Positions 51,010-59,885 are shown, counted from the first letter of the stretch. The stretch: 63,077 nucleotides of DNA from an uncultured Christensenellaceae bacterium (GCA_964432485.1 CAYSNP010000004.1:24319-87395), one strand, 5' to 3'. Made by a program: numbers and translations. Notes: generated by a model not told the origin, from the letters alone.

Positions 51010-51218
51010 TTATAAAACCGCTTTAAGCTCTTTACAACATAGCCCTAGAAAATACTCAGCGCAAAAATTAAAGTAAAATAAAGAACAAGGTTTGCGTGCA
51101 GTTAGAGCAATACGCTTAAAATACTATGCTTTTTTCAGCAAATCCTTAGCAATATGCATACCTAATGAATTTGACTTTTGTAAGGCAGTTTGTTATTATT
51201 TTAATAATAGGTGTTTTT

Positions 51219-52028
51219 ATGAAGAATTTTGTTTTTAACAATGGAATAGCAATGCCAATTATCGGCTATGGCACTTTCAAAATAGAGGATATGCAGGCTT
51301 ATCAATGTGTGCTGGATGCTCTTGAAGTAGGCTATAGGCGTATAGATACTGCCGCTTTTTATGCCAATGAAAAGGGAATAGGTAAAGCGCTGGCAAACAG
51401 CGGTATGACAAGAGGGCAAATCTTTGTAACTTCTAAATTATGGACAGATGCTAATACCGCTCAGCGTGTAAATGCAGCAGTTGACAAAATGCTAAGTAGC
51501 CTTAAAACAGATTACTTGGATTTGCTGCTAATCCATTGGCCGACTGCTGCCAATCTTACTGTTTGGCAAGCTATGGAAAAGCTAGTCAAGGCGGGCAAGG
51601 TCTTGTCAATAGGAGTAAGCAATTTTAAGGAGCACCATTTGGCAGAATTATTATCTTATTGCAATATTCCTCCTGTGCTTAACCAAATAGAACTGCATCC
51701 GCTATTTCAACAAAAGGAGCTTAGGCAATTTTGCACAGACCACAATATTATAGCAGAGGCTTGGTCGCCGCTAATGAGAGGGGATGCGTTGGCTTTGCGA
51801 GAGTTGCAAGCTATTGGCAATAAGTATAATAAAAGCGCCGCTCAAGTTATATTGCGTTATTTAATAGAAAACAATATAGCAATCATTCCAAAAACCTTAT
51901 CTAAGGCAAGGATGCAAGAAAATATCGATATTTTTGATTTTTCCTTATCTGATAAGGATAAACTAGCAATAGCCGCTCTGGACAGCAAGCAAAGACAATA
52001 CCGTGATCCCGACAGCCACGGTTTTTAG
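51219..52028 (+). CDS. Aldo/keto reductase (2,5-DKG reductase-like, AKR5)
   Basis: IGYGTF, IDTAAFY.NE, TSKLW, DLLLIHWP, IGVSNF, NQIELHP, IPK. Confidence 0.93.
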   Translation: MKNFVFNNGIAMPIIGYGTFKIEDMQAYQCVLDALEVGYRRIDTAAFYANEKGIGKALANSGMTRGQIFVTSKLWTDANTAQRVNAAVDKMLSSLKTDYLDLLLIHWPTAANLTVWQAMEKLVKAGKVLSIGVSNFKEHHLAELLSYCNIPPVLNQIELHPLFQQKELRQFCTDHNIIAEAWSPLMRGDALALRELQAIGNKYNKSAAQVILRYLIENNIAIIPKTLSKARMQENIDIFDFSLSDKDKLAIAALDSKQRQYRDPDSHGF

Positions 52029-52055
52029 CTGTTACCGTACTAAGGCGCAAAATAT

Positions 52056-52658
52056 ATGGAAAAACGAAAAAAGTATGCAAAAATATTTCTAACTTGCTTT
52101 TATATTAGCAGCTTTACCTTTGGCGGCGGGCTTGTAATAGTATCTTTACTTAAAGATAAGTTTGTAAACAAGCTAAAATGGCTGGAAGAAAAAGAAATCC
52201 TTGACCTTATAGCCATAGCTCAAGCATCTCCAGGCTCAATTGCAGTCAATACCTCAATTTTAATTGGCTATAAGTTGGGCGGATTTTTAGGTGCACTAGT
52301 TGCGCTGTCAGGCACGATATTGCCGCCTTTGATAATAATTTCGCTTATTTCATTGCTTTATAACTTTATCAAAGGTAGTATAATAGTAGAAGCAATTTTT
52401 GCAGGGATGAGGGCAGCGGTAGCGGCATTAGTTATAGATGTGCTTATTACTATGTCGCTTGGAGTAGTTAAAGAAAAGAGTGTATTGTCCTTGGCAATAA
52501 TGGTAATTGCTTTTATTTTGATTTTTTTCCTGAAAGTAAATGTAATCTATGTTATTTTAGCCGCTATTGGCATAGGCATATTGCTTGCTATATTTAATAA
52601 AAATAAGAAAAGCAAAATCAATGCACCGCCGACAGAACAGGAGGATATGTTTTTATGA
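52056..52658 (+). CDS. chrA: Short-chain chromate transporter (CHR), half 1
   Basis: FTFGGG, AIAQASPG, GTILPP. Confidence 0.87.
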   Translation: MEKRKKYAKIFLTCFYISSFTFGGGLVIVSLLKDKFVNKLKWLEEKEILDLIAIAQASPGSIAVNTSILIGYKLGGFLGALVALSGTILPPLIIISLISLLYNFIKGSIIVEAIFAGMRAAVAALVIDVLITMSLGVVKEKSVLSLAIMVIAFILIFFLKVNVIYVILAAIGIGILLAIFNKNKKSKINAPPTEQEDMFL

Positions 52659-53218
52659 TATATCTTAAGCTGCTTTGGGTGTTCTTTCAAGTTGGCTTAT
52701 TTGGCATTGGCGGAGGATATGCCGCTATCCCTATTATTCAATCCCATGTAGTAGGCGCAGAAGGCTGGCTTACCGTTGCAGAGTTTACCGATTTGCTGGC
52801 AATAGCCGAAATGACTCCCGGACCAATAGCTATCAACTCTGCTACCTTTGCAGGTATGCAAGTAGCGGGAGTGCTTGGAGCTGTTGTTGCCACGCTAGGA
52901 TTTGTGCTACCTTCATTGATTATTGTTACTATACTAGCTTATAGCTATTACAGATTTCAAAACCTTTCAGCTATGAGGACTATATTAAAGACTTTGCGCC
53001 CTGCAGTAGTTGCCGCTATTGCTTCTGCCGCAATATCTCTTGCCATACTTGCATTTTGGGGAGGGGAGAGCTTTGCCCTTAATATTAATAAGTTGGATTT
53101 TATAGCAGTTGGCATCTTTATAGTTGCTTTGTTGATATTGCGCAAATTCAAGCCCAATCCGGTTTTAGTTTTGTTAGGCGCAGGGGGTATTGGCGCAATT
53201 TTTTATTTACTAATTTGA
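52655..53218 (+). CDS. chrA: Short-chain chromate transporter (CHR), half 2
   Basis: GIGGGYA, AEMTPGPIAINSATF, LPSL; ATGA overlap with half 1. Confidence 0.87.
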   Translation: MIYLKLLWVFFQVGLFGIGGGYAAIPIIQSHVVGAEGWLTVAEFTDLLAIAEMTPGPIAINSATFAGMQVAGVLGAVVATLGFVLPSLIIVTILAYSYYRFQNLSAMRTILKTLRPAVVAAIASAAISLAILAFWGGESFALNINKLDFIAVGIFIVALLILRKFKPNPVLVLLGAGGIGAIFYLLI

Positions 53219-53241
53219 AATAATGGATAAGGAGAACAATA

Positions 53242-53562
53242 ATGAAAATAGGTGTAATATTAGAGACAAAAGACTACGAAAAAGCTTGGAATGCAATGCG
53301 TTTTGCAGTTACAGCTAAAAAGCAAGGGCATCAAACTAAGGTTTTTTTAATGGGCGAAGCAGTAGAGATAGAGAATTTGACTCATGAGAAATTCAATATA
53401 TCAATACAAGTCAATGCTTTTCTTGATGCTGGGGGCGAGATTCTAGCTTGCGGCTCTTGCTTAAAATCCAGAAGTATGGAAGGGAGCGATTGTTGTCCTA
53501 TTTCTACAATGTTAGATTGCCTTGATATGGTTGTTTGGGCAGATAAAGTAGTCACTTTTTAG
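53242..53562 (+). CDS. DsrE/DsrF-like sulfur relay protein
   Basis: AWNAMRFA, VFLMGEAV, ACGSCLKSR, CPISTM, ADKVVTF. Confidence 0.82.
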   Translation: MKIGVILETKDYEKAWNAMRFAVTAKKQGHQTKVFLMGEAVEIENLTHEKFNISIQVNAFLDAGGEILACGSCLKSRSMEGSDCCPISTMLDCLDMVVWADKVVTF

Positions 53563-53570
53563 GTAGAGTA

Positions 53571-54596
53571 ATGGAAAAGAAAATTGTTAATAGAGCGCGC
53601 TGTGCCAAAGAGCTATTTGAGCAAGGGCATAATTGTGCCCAATCAGTATTGTTACCTTTTTGTGAGGAGCTGGGTTTGGAAAAAGATATGGCCTTGCGCC
53701 TTGCTTCTTCCTTTGGAGGAGGTATGGGCAGGCTAAAAGAAGTATGCGGTGCGCTTACTGCCGCCTTTATGGTTATAGGCTTAAAAAAAGGGTATACATA
53801 CCCCGTTACTAGCGAGCAAAAGGAAAAATATTATTTGCTTATCCAATCTTTTGCCGAAAAGTTTAGAGAAAAGTACGGTTCTATTTTATGCAAAGACCTT
53901 AGAGATTGGAGCGGAGAAATGCCCCACCAATGCGCAACAATTGTAGAGTTTGCGGCACAAATGTTAGAAGCGGACATTATGAATTTATTTGACCAACAAT
54001 GCAATGCTTATGATGCTTGGTTTGACAGGCATCCTAATAAATACGCATCAGAGTTAGCGGCAATTAAAGAGTTTGTTCCTTTAGGCAAAGGGGGCATAGA
54101 GATTGGAGTAGGCACAGGGAGGTTTGCTTCCCCTTTGGGTATTAATGTGGGGGTTGAGCCTTCCGCAGGTATGGCGGCGCTTGCAAGGGCAAGAGGGATA
54201 AAGGTAATAGATGGGCAAGCGGAAGACTTGCCGTTACCGAGTGAAAGCTATGATTTTGCGCTTTCAGTTACCTCAATTTGCTTTTTTAGCAACCCAAAAG
54301 CTGCTTTACAAGAAATTTATAGAATTATTAAACCCAAAGGATATTTGGCAATTGCCTTTGTAGACAAGGATAGCAAGCTAGGCAAACAGTATCAAGAGCG
54401 AAAAGCCGCAGGGCATTCTTTTTACAAAGCCGCAAGTTTTTATTCTGTACAAGAAGTGCTAAATATGCTAACCTCCGCAGGCTTTAAGAATTGCGAAATT
54501 AAGCAAACCCTAATAAGCGACCAAGATATACCGGAGCAACCCAAAGATGGCTATGGTGAAGGTAGCTTTATAGTTATTAAAGCGTGTAAAGGGTAA
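53571..54596 (+). CDS. C_GCAxxG_C_C-family domain fused to a class I SAM methyltransferase
   Basis: HNCAQSV, SFGGGMG, VCGAL, ILCKDL, C; then EIGVGTGRF, GVEPS, AEDLP, ICF. Confidence 0.8.
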   Translation: MEKKIVNRARCAKELFEQGHNCAQSVLLPFCEELGLEKDMALRLASSFGGGMGRLKEVCGALTAAFMVIGLKKGYTYPVTSEQKEKYYLLIQSFAEKFREKYGSILCKDLRDWSGEMPHQCATIVEFAAQMLEADIMNLFDQQCNAYDAWFDRHPNKYASELAAIKEFVPLGKGGIEIGVGTGRFASPLGINVGVEPSAGMAALARARGIKVIDGQAEDLPLPSESYDFALSVTSICFFSNPKAALQEIYRIIKPKGYLAIAFVDKDSKLGKQYQERKAAGHSFYKAASFYSVQEVLNMLTSAGFKNCEIKQTLISDQDIPEQPKDGYGEGSFIVIKACKG

Positions 54597-54597
54597 A

Positions 54598-54721
54598 GTA
54601 CTGCCTAACGGCGGCATTATGTACCACCTAATGGTGGCATTATGTATCAATGCTGACGCATTGACATTATGTATTGCCTAAAGGCAACATTATGTACCGC
54701 CTGTCGGCGGCATTATATGTA
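54598..54721. repeat. Array of five sequence-variable hairpins joined by a constant CATTATGTA linker
   Basis: Linker at 54615, 54638, 54665, 54688 and a variant at 54711; inserts CTGCC-taac-GGCGG, CCACC-taat-GGTGG, TCAATGC-tgac-GCATTGA, TTGCC-taaa-GGCAA, CCGCC-tgtc-GGCGG. Confidence 0.93.
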
Positions 54722-54762
54722 GTATTAACTTATATGTAAAGTTGAGCTGTGCTTGCGCATGT

Positions 54763-54985
54763 CCTGGATTGCTTCGTCGCTTATTTATACCCTCGCATTG
54801 CTCACGCAATTGCTCGTGGGCTCCCACTACTGACTTGCCACAGGCAACTCAGCTTAACGCGTCGCCTCTCGCAAAGACGGTAGAGGATAAAAGCCTTGCT
54901 ACCGTAAGCCCTGGATTGCTTCGTCGCTTACACTGCTCGCAAAGACGGTAAGAGTGTCATTGCGAGCGACAGCGAAGCAATCCAG
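54763..54985. repeat. BIME-like composite of three REP-like elements (direct and interrupted, direct, inverted)
   Basis: cctggattgcttcgtcgctta...ctcgcaaagacggta twice, then gtcattgcgagcgacagcgaagcaatccag (reverse complement of the same element). Confidence 0.88.
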
Positions 54986-55054
54986 ACCCTCAAAGCCTTG
55001 CTTCTTGCCTTACCAATCCCACCTATTTCATCACGCGTTAGCGTGTATTAATGT

Positions 55055-55936
55055 TTACCAACCTCTTACAGAAAATAGGTTTTCTTTTTCAATATTGCCA
55101 ATATTAATCCCTGCCATTGCTTCGCCCAAATCTTCGCTAAGGGCGGCTAATAGGTTAGCATCATTATAATGAGCTACAGCTTTTACAATGGCATTTGCTC
55201 TTTTATCGGGATTGGCGGACTTAAATATTCCCGAGCCTACAAATACACCTTCGCTGCCAAGTTGCATCATTAAAGCGGCATCCGCCGGGGTGGCAATTCC
55301 GCCTGCGGCAAAGTTTAACACAGGCAAGCGCCCATTCTCGTGCACCCATAAGACCAACTCATAAGGTGCGCCCGTCTCCTTAGCAAAGCTCATTAGCTCT
55401 TCCTTTGGCACACCTTGCACCCGCCTAATTTCGCCCATAACAGTACGCATATGGTATACAGCCTCCACCACATTGCCTGTGCCTGCCTCGCCTTTGGTCC
55501 TAATCATAGCCGCCCCTTCGCCTATTCGGCGCAGCGCTTCGCCAAGATTTCTTGCACCGCATACAAAAGGTGCGCTAAAAGTATGTTTATCAATATGAAA
55601 CATATTGTCAGCAGGCGTAAGCACTTCGCTTTCGTCTATATAATCCACACCTAACGCTTGCAATATTTGCGCTTCGGCAATATGCCCTATCCTAACTTTA
55701 GCCATAACAGGGATAGTTACCGCTTGTTGAATTTCCTTAATAATTCTAGGGTCGCTCATACGGGCTACTCCGCCTTGTTTGCGAATATCTGCAGGCACTC
55801 TCTCTAGTGCCATAACTGCAACCGCCCCTGCTTTTTGCGCAATTTCAGCTTCCTTGGCGTCAATAACATCCATAATAACCCCGCCTTTTAGCTTTTCCGC
55901 AAGTGTCTTGCCTTTGCTATTCAATTGCTTATCCAT
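55055..55936 (-). CDS. pdxS: Pyridoxal 5'-phosphate synthase lyase subunit
   Basis: [48 protein letters not shown]; ATG 55936 after GGAGG. Confidence 0.97.
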   Translation of the reverse strand: MDKQLNSKGKTLAEKLKGGVIMDVIDAKEAEIAQKAGAVAVMALERVPADIRKQGGVARMSDPRIIKEIQQAVTIPVMAKVRIGHIAEAQILQALGVDYIDESEVLTPADNMFHIDKHTFSAPFVCGARNLGEALRRIGEGAAMIRTKGEAGTGNVVEAVYHMRTVMGEIRRVQGVPKEELMSFAKETGAPYELVLWVHENGRLPVLNFAAGGIATPADAALMMQLGSEGVFVGSGIFKSANPDKRANAIVKAVAHYNDANLLAALSEDLGEAMAGINIGNIEKENLFSVRGW

Positions 55937-55962
55937 TTGCAACCTCCTTTTTTAACTTGTAA

Positions 55963-55991
55963 TTGACATTTAACTATTATACATTTATAAT
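55963..55991 (+). promoter_or_regulatory. Consensus sigma-A promoter of pdxR
   Basis: TTGACA, 17 nt, TATAAT. Confidence 0.8.
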
Positions 55992-55998
55992 TATATTA

Positions 55999-56051
55999 CA
56001 ATCTGGCATGGTTGCAATAGCCAGATTGAAAATACTCTATGGTGCCAGATT
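55999..56051. promoter_or_regulatory. Candidate PdxR operator (inverted plus direct repeats)
   Basis: CAATCTGGC (55999-56007) and GCCAGATTG (56020-56028) form a perfect inverted repeat; a second GCCAGATT at 56044-56051. Confidence 0.75.
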
Positions 56052-57470
56052 ATGCTAAATCTAACTTTTAATTTTCAGCCTTACGCAAAAATCCCCTTGT
56101 ATAGGCAACTATATACTTTTATAAAAGGAGAAATTACAGAAGGAAAGTTAGCTGCAAATGAAGTATTGCCTTCTACCAGAGGGCTTGCGCAGCATCTTGG
56201 AGTTAGCCGAAATACCGTAGAGTCCGCTTATGCTCAATTAGTGGCGGAAGGATATATAAAGGCAAAGCCTAAAAGCGGGCATATTGTTTGCAAGCTGGAG
56301 GGAATGGTAGGCAAAAATAAAGCGGCAGCCTTAAAAAAAGATAAAGTATACAATAGCCAACCTCAAGAGCAAAATTATAAATATGATTTTAAGACCAATG
56401 CTGTTGACCTTGCCAGTTTCCCTTTTGCCTTATGGGCTAAAATATCTAGAGAAATTATTCATGACAAAAATAGGGAGCTGCTCAAGCTAACCCACCCTCA
56501 AGGAGATTATACCCTTAGGGCAACGCTGGCTAAGTACTTGCATAGCTTTAGGGGCGTTAATTGTTCTGCAGAGCAAATTATTATAGGAGCAGGCACAGAA
56601 TATCTGCTAAGTTTGCTTTTCCAGATATTAGGCGATAATGCTGTTTATGCAATAGAGAATCCGGGGTATTTTAAGGTATACAATATCTTAGGTAGCTATA
56701 AAAAAAAGGTCAATTTAATAGGTTTAGACAATGAGGGGATTGATATAACTAGCTTGGAGCAAACCAACTCCAATGTAGTTTATGTTACTCCCAGTCACCA
56801 TTTTCCTCTTGGAACAATAATGCCTGCCAGCAGAAGGTTGCAACTGCTAGCTTGGGCAAGCAAATCTGCTGACAATTACATTATAGAGGACGATTATGAT
56901 AGTGAGTTTAGATTTGTGGGGCATCCTATACCCGCTTTGCAAGGGCTAAAAGAAAGCGACAAGGTTATTTATATCAGCACCTTTTCTAAAACAATTGCCC
57001 CATCTATACGGGCAAGCTATATGGTGCTGCCGCATAGCTTGCAAAAAAGGTATCAAGAGCATTTTTTATTTTACTCCTCTACTGTACCCAGGTTTGAGCA
57101 ATATACCCTTAATAAGTTTATACAAAATGGACATTTTGAAAGGCATCTTAACAAAATGCGCAATATCTATAAAAGCAGAAAAGATGCGCTGGTAGATACA
57201 ATTAAACAATCTCCCTTTGGCTGTTATATTGATATTATTGGTGCGGATGCCGGACTGCATTTACTGCTAAAAATACATAGCACAAAGAGCGAACAAGAGC
57301 TGTTAAAACTTGCACAAAGTGTAAATATAAAACTTTACGGGCTAAGTGAATACTATTTAAGCCCTACTGCAAATATGCCAAATAATATTGTAGTATTAGG
57401 CTATGCTCACCTTACTCCTCAAGAAATAAAAGAGGCAGTTTCGCTTTTGCTTGCTGTTTGGTTTAATTAG
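56052..57470 (+). CDS. pdxR: MocR/GabR-family PLP-dependent regulator, divergent from pdxS
   Basis: GntR wHTH (LPSTRGLAQHLGVSRNTV); YVTPSHHFPLG, IIEDDYDSEF, TFSK. Confidence 0.85.
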   Translation: MLNLTFNFQPYAKIPLYRQLYTFIKGEITEGKLAANEVLPSTRGLAQHLGVSRNTVESAYAQLVAEGYIKAKPKSGHIVCKLEGMVGKNKAAALKKDKVYNSQPQEQNYKYDFKTNAVDLASFPFALWAKISREIIHDKNRELLKLTHPQGDYTLRATLAKYLHSFRGVNCSAEQIIIGAGTEYLLSLLFQILGDNAVYAIENPGYFKVYNILGSYKKKVNLIGLDNEGIDITSLEQTNSNVVYVTPSHHFPLGTIMPASRRLQLLAWASKSADNYIIEDDYDSEFRFVGHPIPALQGLKESDKVIYISTFSKTIAPSIRASYMVLPHSLQKRYQEHFLFYSSTVPRFEQYTLNKFIQNGHFERHLNKMRNIYKSRKDALVDTIKQSPFGCYIDIIGADAGLHLLLKIHSTKSEQELLKLAQSVNIKLYGLSEYYLSPTANMPNNIVVLGYAHLTPQEIKEAVSLLLAVWFN

Positions 57471-57475
57471 GTTAT

Positions 57476-58417
57476 TTAACTAAAAAAAAGGTTGGCTATT
57501 GCTTTTTTGCGTTTTAGGCTGTAGGAGCATTTGCCAAAAAATATATCTATAGGAGCTACTACCTTTCTTATTAGTTTTGAGCCGGGATGCAGCCATCCAC
57601 TATAACTGGCAGGTGTATCAGTTTTTGCTTTGCTTTTGCCTAGCGGCAAATCTGCTATCAAAACTCCTTTTGTTTGAGAATCTAGGATTGCTGCAATCTC
57701 ACCGTTGTAAAATAGAGAAGAGCCGCCGCATAGCTTATAAATATCAGGATTCACCAATTTTCCAAACAAACCGCCCATAGGTGCAAATGTGCCCACTTGA
57801 TTGGCTATTACCGCAGGTGTGCCCAAACCTTGCGAATATATTTTGCCAATAGTGGGCAAGATATTTTTTTGTGCTTCAATATCTTTTTGGCTTATATAAC
57901 CGGTAGTCTTAAAAGGTGCAAAAGAGGCATGCGGCATTAGTAGTAAATCAAAATTAAGGCGAGCAAGTTTCTTATAAAAGGCCAACAAATGATTGTCAGC
58001 GCAAATACCAATAGCAATTGCGCCTAAGTTTGTAGCTATTACATTACCTATATCACAAGGCTTAAAGCAATGATATTCTACTTTAACTTTGCGGACTTGT
58101 CCTGCTATTGTGCTGTTAGGACAAGCAATTAAATAAGTGTTGTAAAAGTCCTTACCGTCTGTTTCTACATAGCCTGCCCCAATATGTAAAGAGTACTTGC
58201 CCGCCATATTGCATGCCCACTTGGCAGTTTCGCCATTGGCATACTCTGCGTATTGCCAAATGGTACTGTTAGGAATGTAGCCGCAGCTAGATAGCTCCGG
58301 CAGCACAGCTAATTTTGCACCGTTTTGAGCGGCTTTCAAAATTAATTTTTCTGCGCTGGCAAAAGATGCCTGTTTATTTCCCATATAATTATTTAATTGG
58401 ATTGAAGCAATTTTCAA
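57476..58417 (-). CDS. Carbon-nitrogen hydrolase (nitrilase/amidase superfamily); TTG start
   Basis: Glu-Lys-Cys triad (LPEL, RKVK, ICAD); SD AAGGAGG before TTG 58417. Confidence 0.85.
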   Translation of the reverse strand: MKIASIQLNNYMGNKQASFASAEKLILKAAQNGAKLAVLPELSSCGYIPNSTIWQYAEYANGETAKWACNMAGKYSLHIGAGYVETDGKDFYNTYLIACPNSTIAGQVRKVKVEYHCFKPCDIGNVIATNLGAIAIGICADNHLLAFYKKLARLNFDLLLMPHASFAPFKTTGYISQKDIEAQKNILPTIGKIYSQGLGTPAVIANQVGTFAPMGGLFGKLVNPDIYKLCGGSSLFYNGEIAAILDSQTKGVLIADLPLGKSKAKTDTPASYSGWLHPGSKLIRKVVAPIDIFFGKCSYSLKRKKAIANLFFS

Positions 58418-58440
58418 TATATTTCCTCCTTGTGTTATTG

Positions 58441-59853
58441 TTAATTCCAAATATTTAGGGTCTTGCCATGTTCTTTTCGCAACTTTAAGTCTTTTAATAT
58501 ACGCTGGTGGTCAGCTCGTGAAAAGTGATAAAAAAAGTAAGGCAAGGTAGAGCAAGCTATCCCCACAATAGCAATGAGATTAGGTAGGTAAAACAGCCCT
58601 TTTAAGGTGTATTCTGATTGGGTGGCAGCATTGGGAACATACTTAATTATGCTTACTATTATAACAGTAGAAAGCATACCCAAAGAGCCGGTAACTTTGC
58701 CTAAAAAACCTTCTATCGCAAGCACCATTCCGTCATTTCGCTCGCCTGTGCGCCACTCCAAATAATCTACGCTATCTGATATCATTGACCAATACAGTAT
58801 ACCTTTGAGTAAAGACGGAAAGAACATAAGCATATTGATTAGGCATACAAACCACATACTTTGGTATCCCACAATCAAATATAACGCTAATAGAGCAATA
58901 TGAAAAGCATTTGCTCCAATCACTATGGCGCTTTTATCGAATTTCTTCATAAGGTAAGGTGCAAGCACACTATTTAGCGCAAGCATTGGTATACCAGTAA
59001 TCCCAATATAAGTTAGCAATGCAGGGTTGCCTAAGTTATAGGTATAGAACCATAAAGAGGTGTTGCCCGCATTGATAAGAGCGCCAATAGAATTGGAAAT
59101 AATCATAATCAGTAGCAGTCTGTTTTTGAAAAAATCCTTAAACATATCCTTGGTAGATTGCTTTTCTGTAGGGACAAGCAGCACCCTTTCTTTTACATAT
59201 TTGACAATAAGGTAATTATAGGCTATAAAACAAGCGGCAACCAGGATGGCAGTACCAAAATAAATATAGGTTTTGGCAATAATATCATCATTGGCAAAGA
59301 AACTTAGCGCAATAGGTATAACTCCGATTATTGCACCGCTGCCCATACTGGAAAAAAGGCGGGAGATAGAAATAACCTTGCCTCGCTCTTGTACATTAGG
59401 GGTAATGGAGTTGTAAAAACTCATAAAAGAAATACCGTTAAGAGTGTGCATCCATTCGAACATTATATAAGTAGCAAGCGCATAAGCTGTCCTTAGCCAC
59501 ATATTAATGCCGGGATTGTCCGAAAAAGTAGGACAATAAAATATTGCTATAATCAAGATAGCTATGGGTAGCGTTGTTTTTTGCAAAAAAGGCTTGGCTT
59601 TGCCCGAAGAAGAGACTCTTTTGTCAAAATAAACTCCAATAATAGGGTCATTTATCCCATCCCAAAGCCTTCCGCCTATCAATATTATAGACAATGCCAC
59701 GCCGGAAAGTCCCATAATATCTATGTAAAAATAGGACAGATACCCCATTATCGCATAGCTCATATCACGAAAAAGAGCCGCCATATAAAACGCCGCTTGC
59801 TCTTCTTTATCCACATATTTTATTTCTTGTTCTACTAACTTAACTTTTGCCAT
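58441..59853 (-). CDS. MFS GPH-family transporter (copy 2)
   Basis: RLWDGINDPIIG, DSVDYLEWRTGERNDG; about 12 TM. Confidence 0.88.
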   Translation of the reverse strand: MAKVKLVEQEIKYVDKEEQAAFYMAALFRDMSYAIMGYLSYFYIDIMGLSGVALSIILIGGRLWDGINDPIIGVYFDKRVSSSGKAKPFLQKTTLPIAILIIAIFYCPTFSDNPGINMWLRTAYALATYIMFEWMHTLNGISFMSFYNSITPNVQERGKVISISRLFSSMGSGAIIGVIPIALSFFANDDIIAKTYIYFGTAILVAACFIAYNYLIVKYVKERVLLVPTEKQSTKDMFKDFFKNRLLLIMIISNSIGALINAGNTSLWFYTYNLGNPALLTYIGITGIPMLALNSVLAPYLMKKFDKSAIVIGANAFHIALLALYLIVGYQSMWFVCLINMLMFFPSLLKGILYWSMISDSVDYLEWRTGERNDGMVLAIEGFLGKVTGSLGMLSTVIIVSIIKYVPNAATQSEYTLKGLFYLPNLIAIVGIACSTLPYFFYHFSRADHQRILKDLKLRKEHGKTLNIWN

Positions 59854-59885
59854 TATATTCTTCCTAACATCAATCTCTAAAGTCC

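Noticed and set aside
50974-51218. SRP RNA or tRNA upstream of dnaX
   Set aside because: AT-rich, with no SRP core motif or cloverleaf.
54598-54721. CRISPR array
   Set aside because: The constant part is only 9 nt, the variable parts are 14-18 nt and self-complementary, and no cas gene or leader is present. Kept as a non-CRISPR array.
54742-55169. Small ORFs 54742-54951 and 54954-55169
   Set aside because: They are translations of the REP-like repeats, use TTG/GTG starts and lack an SD.
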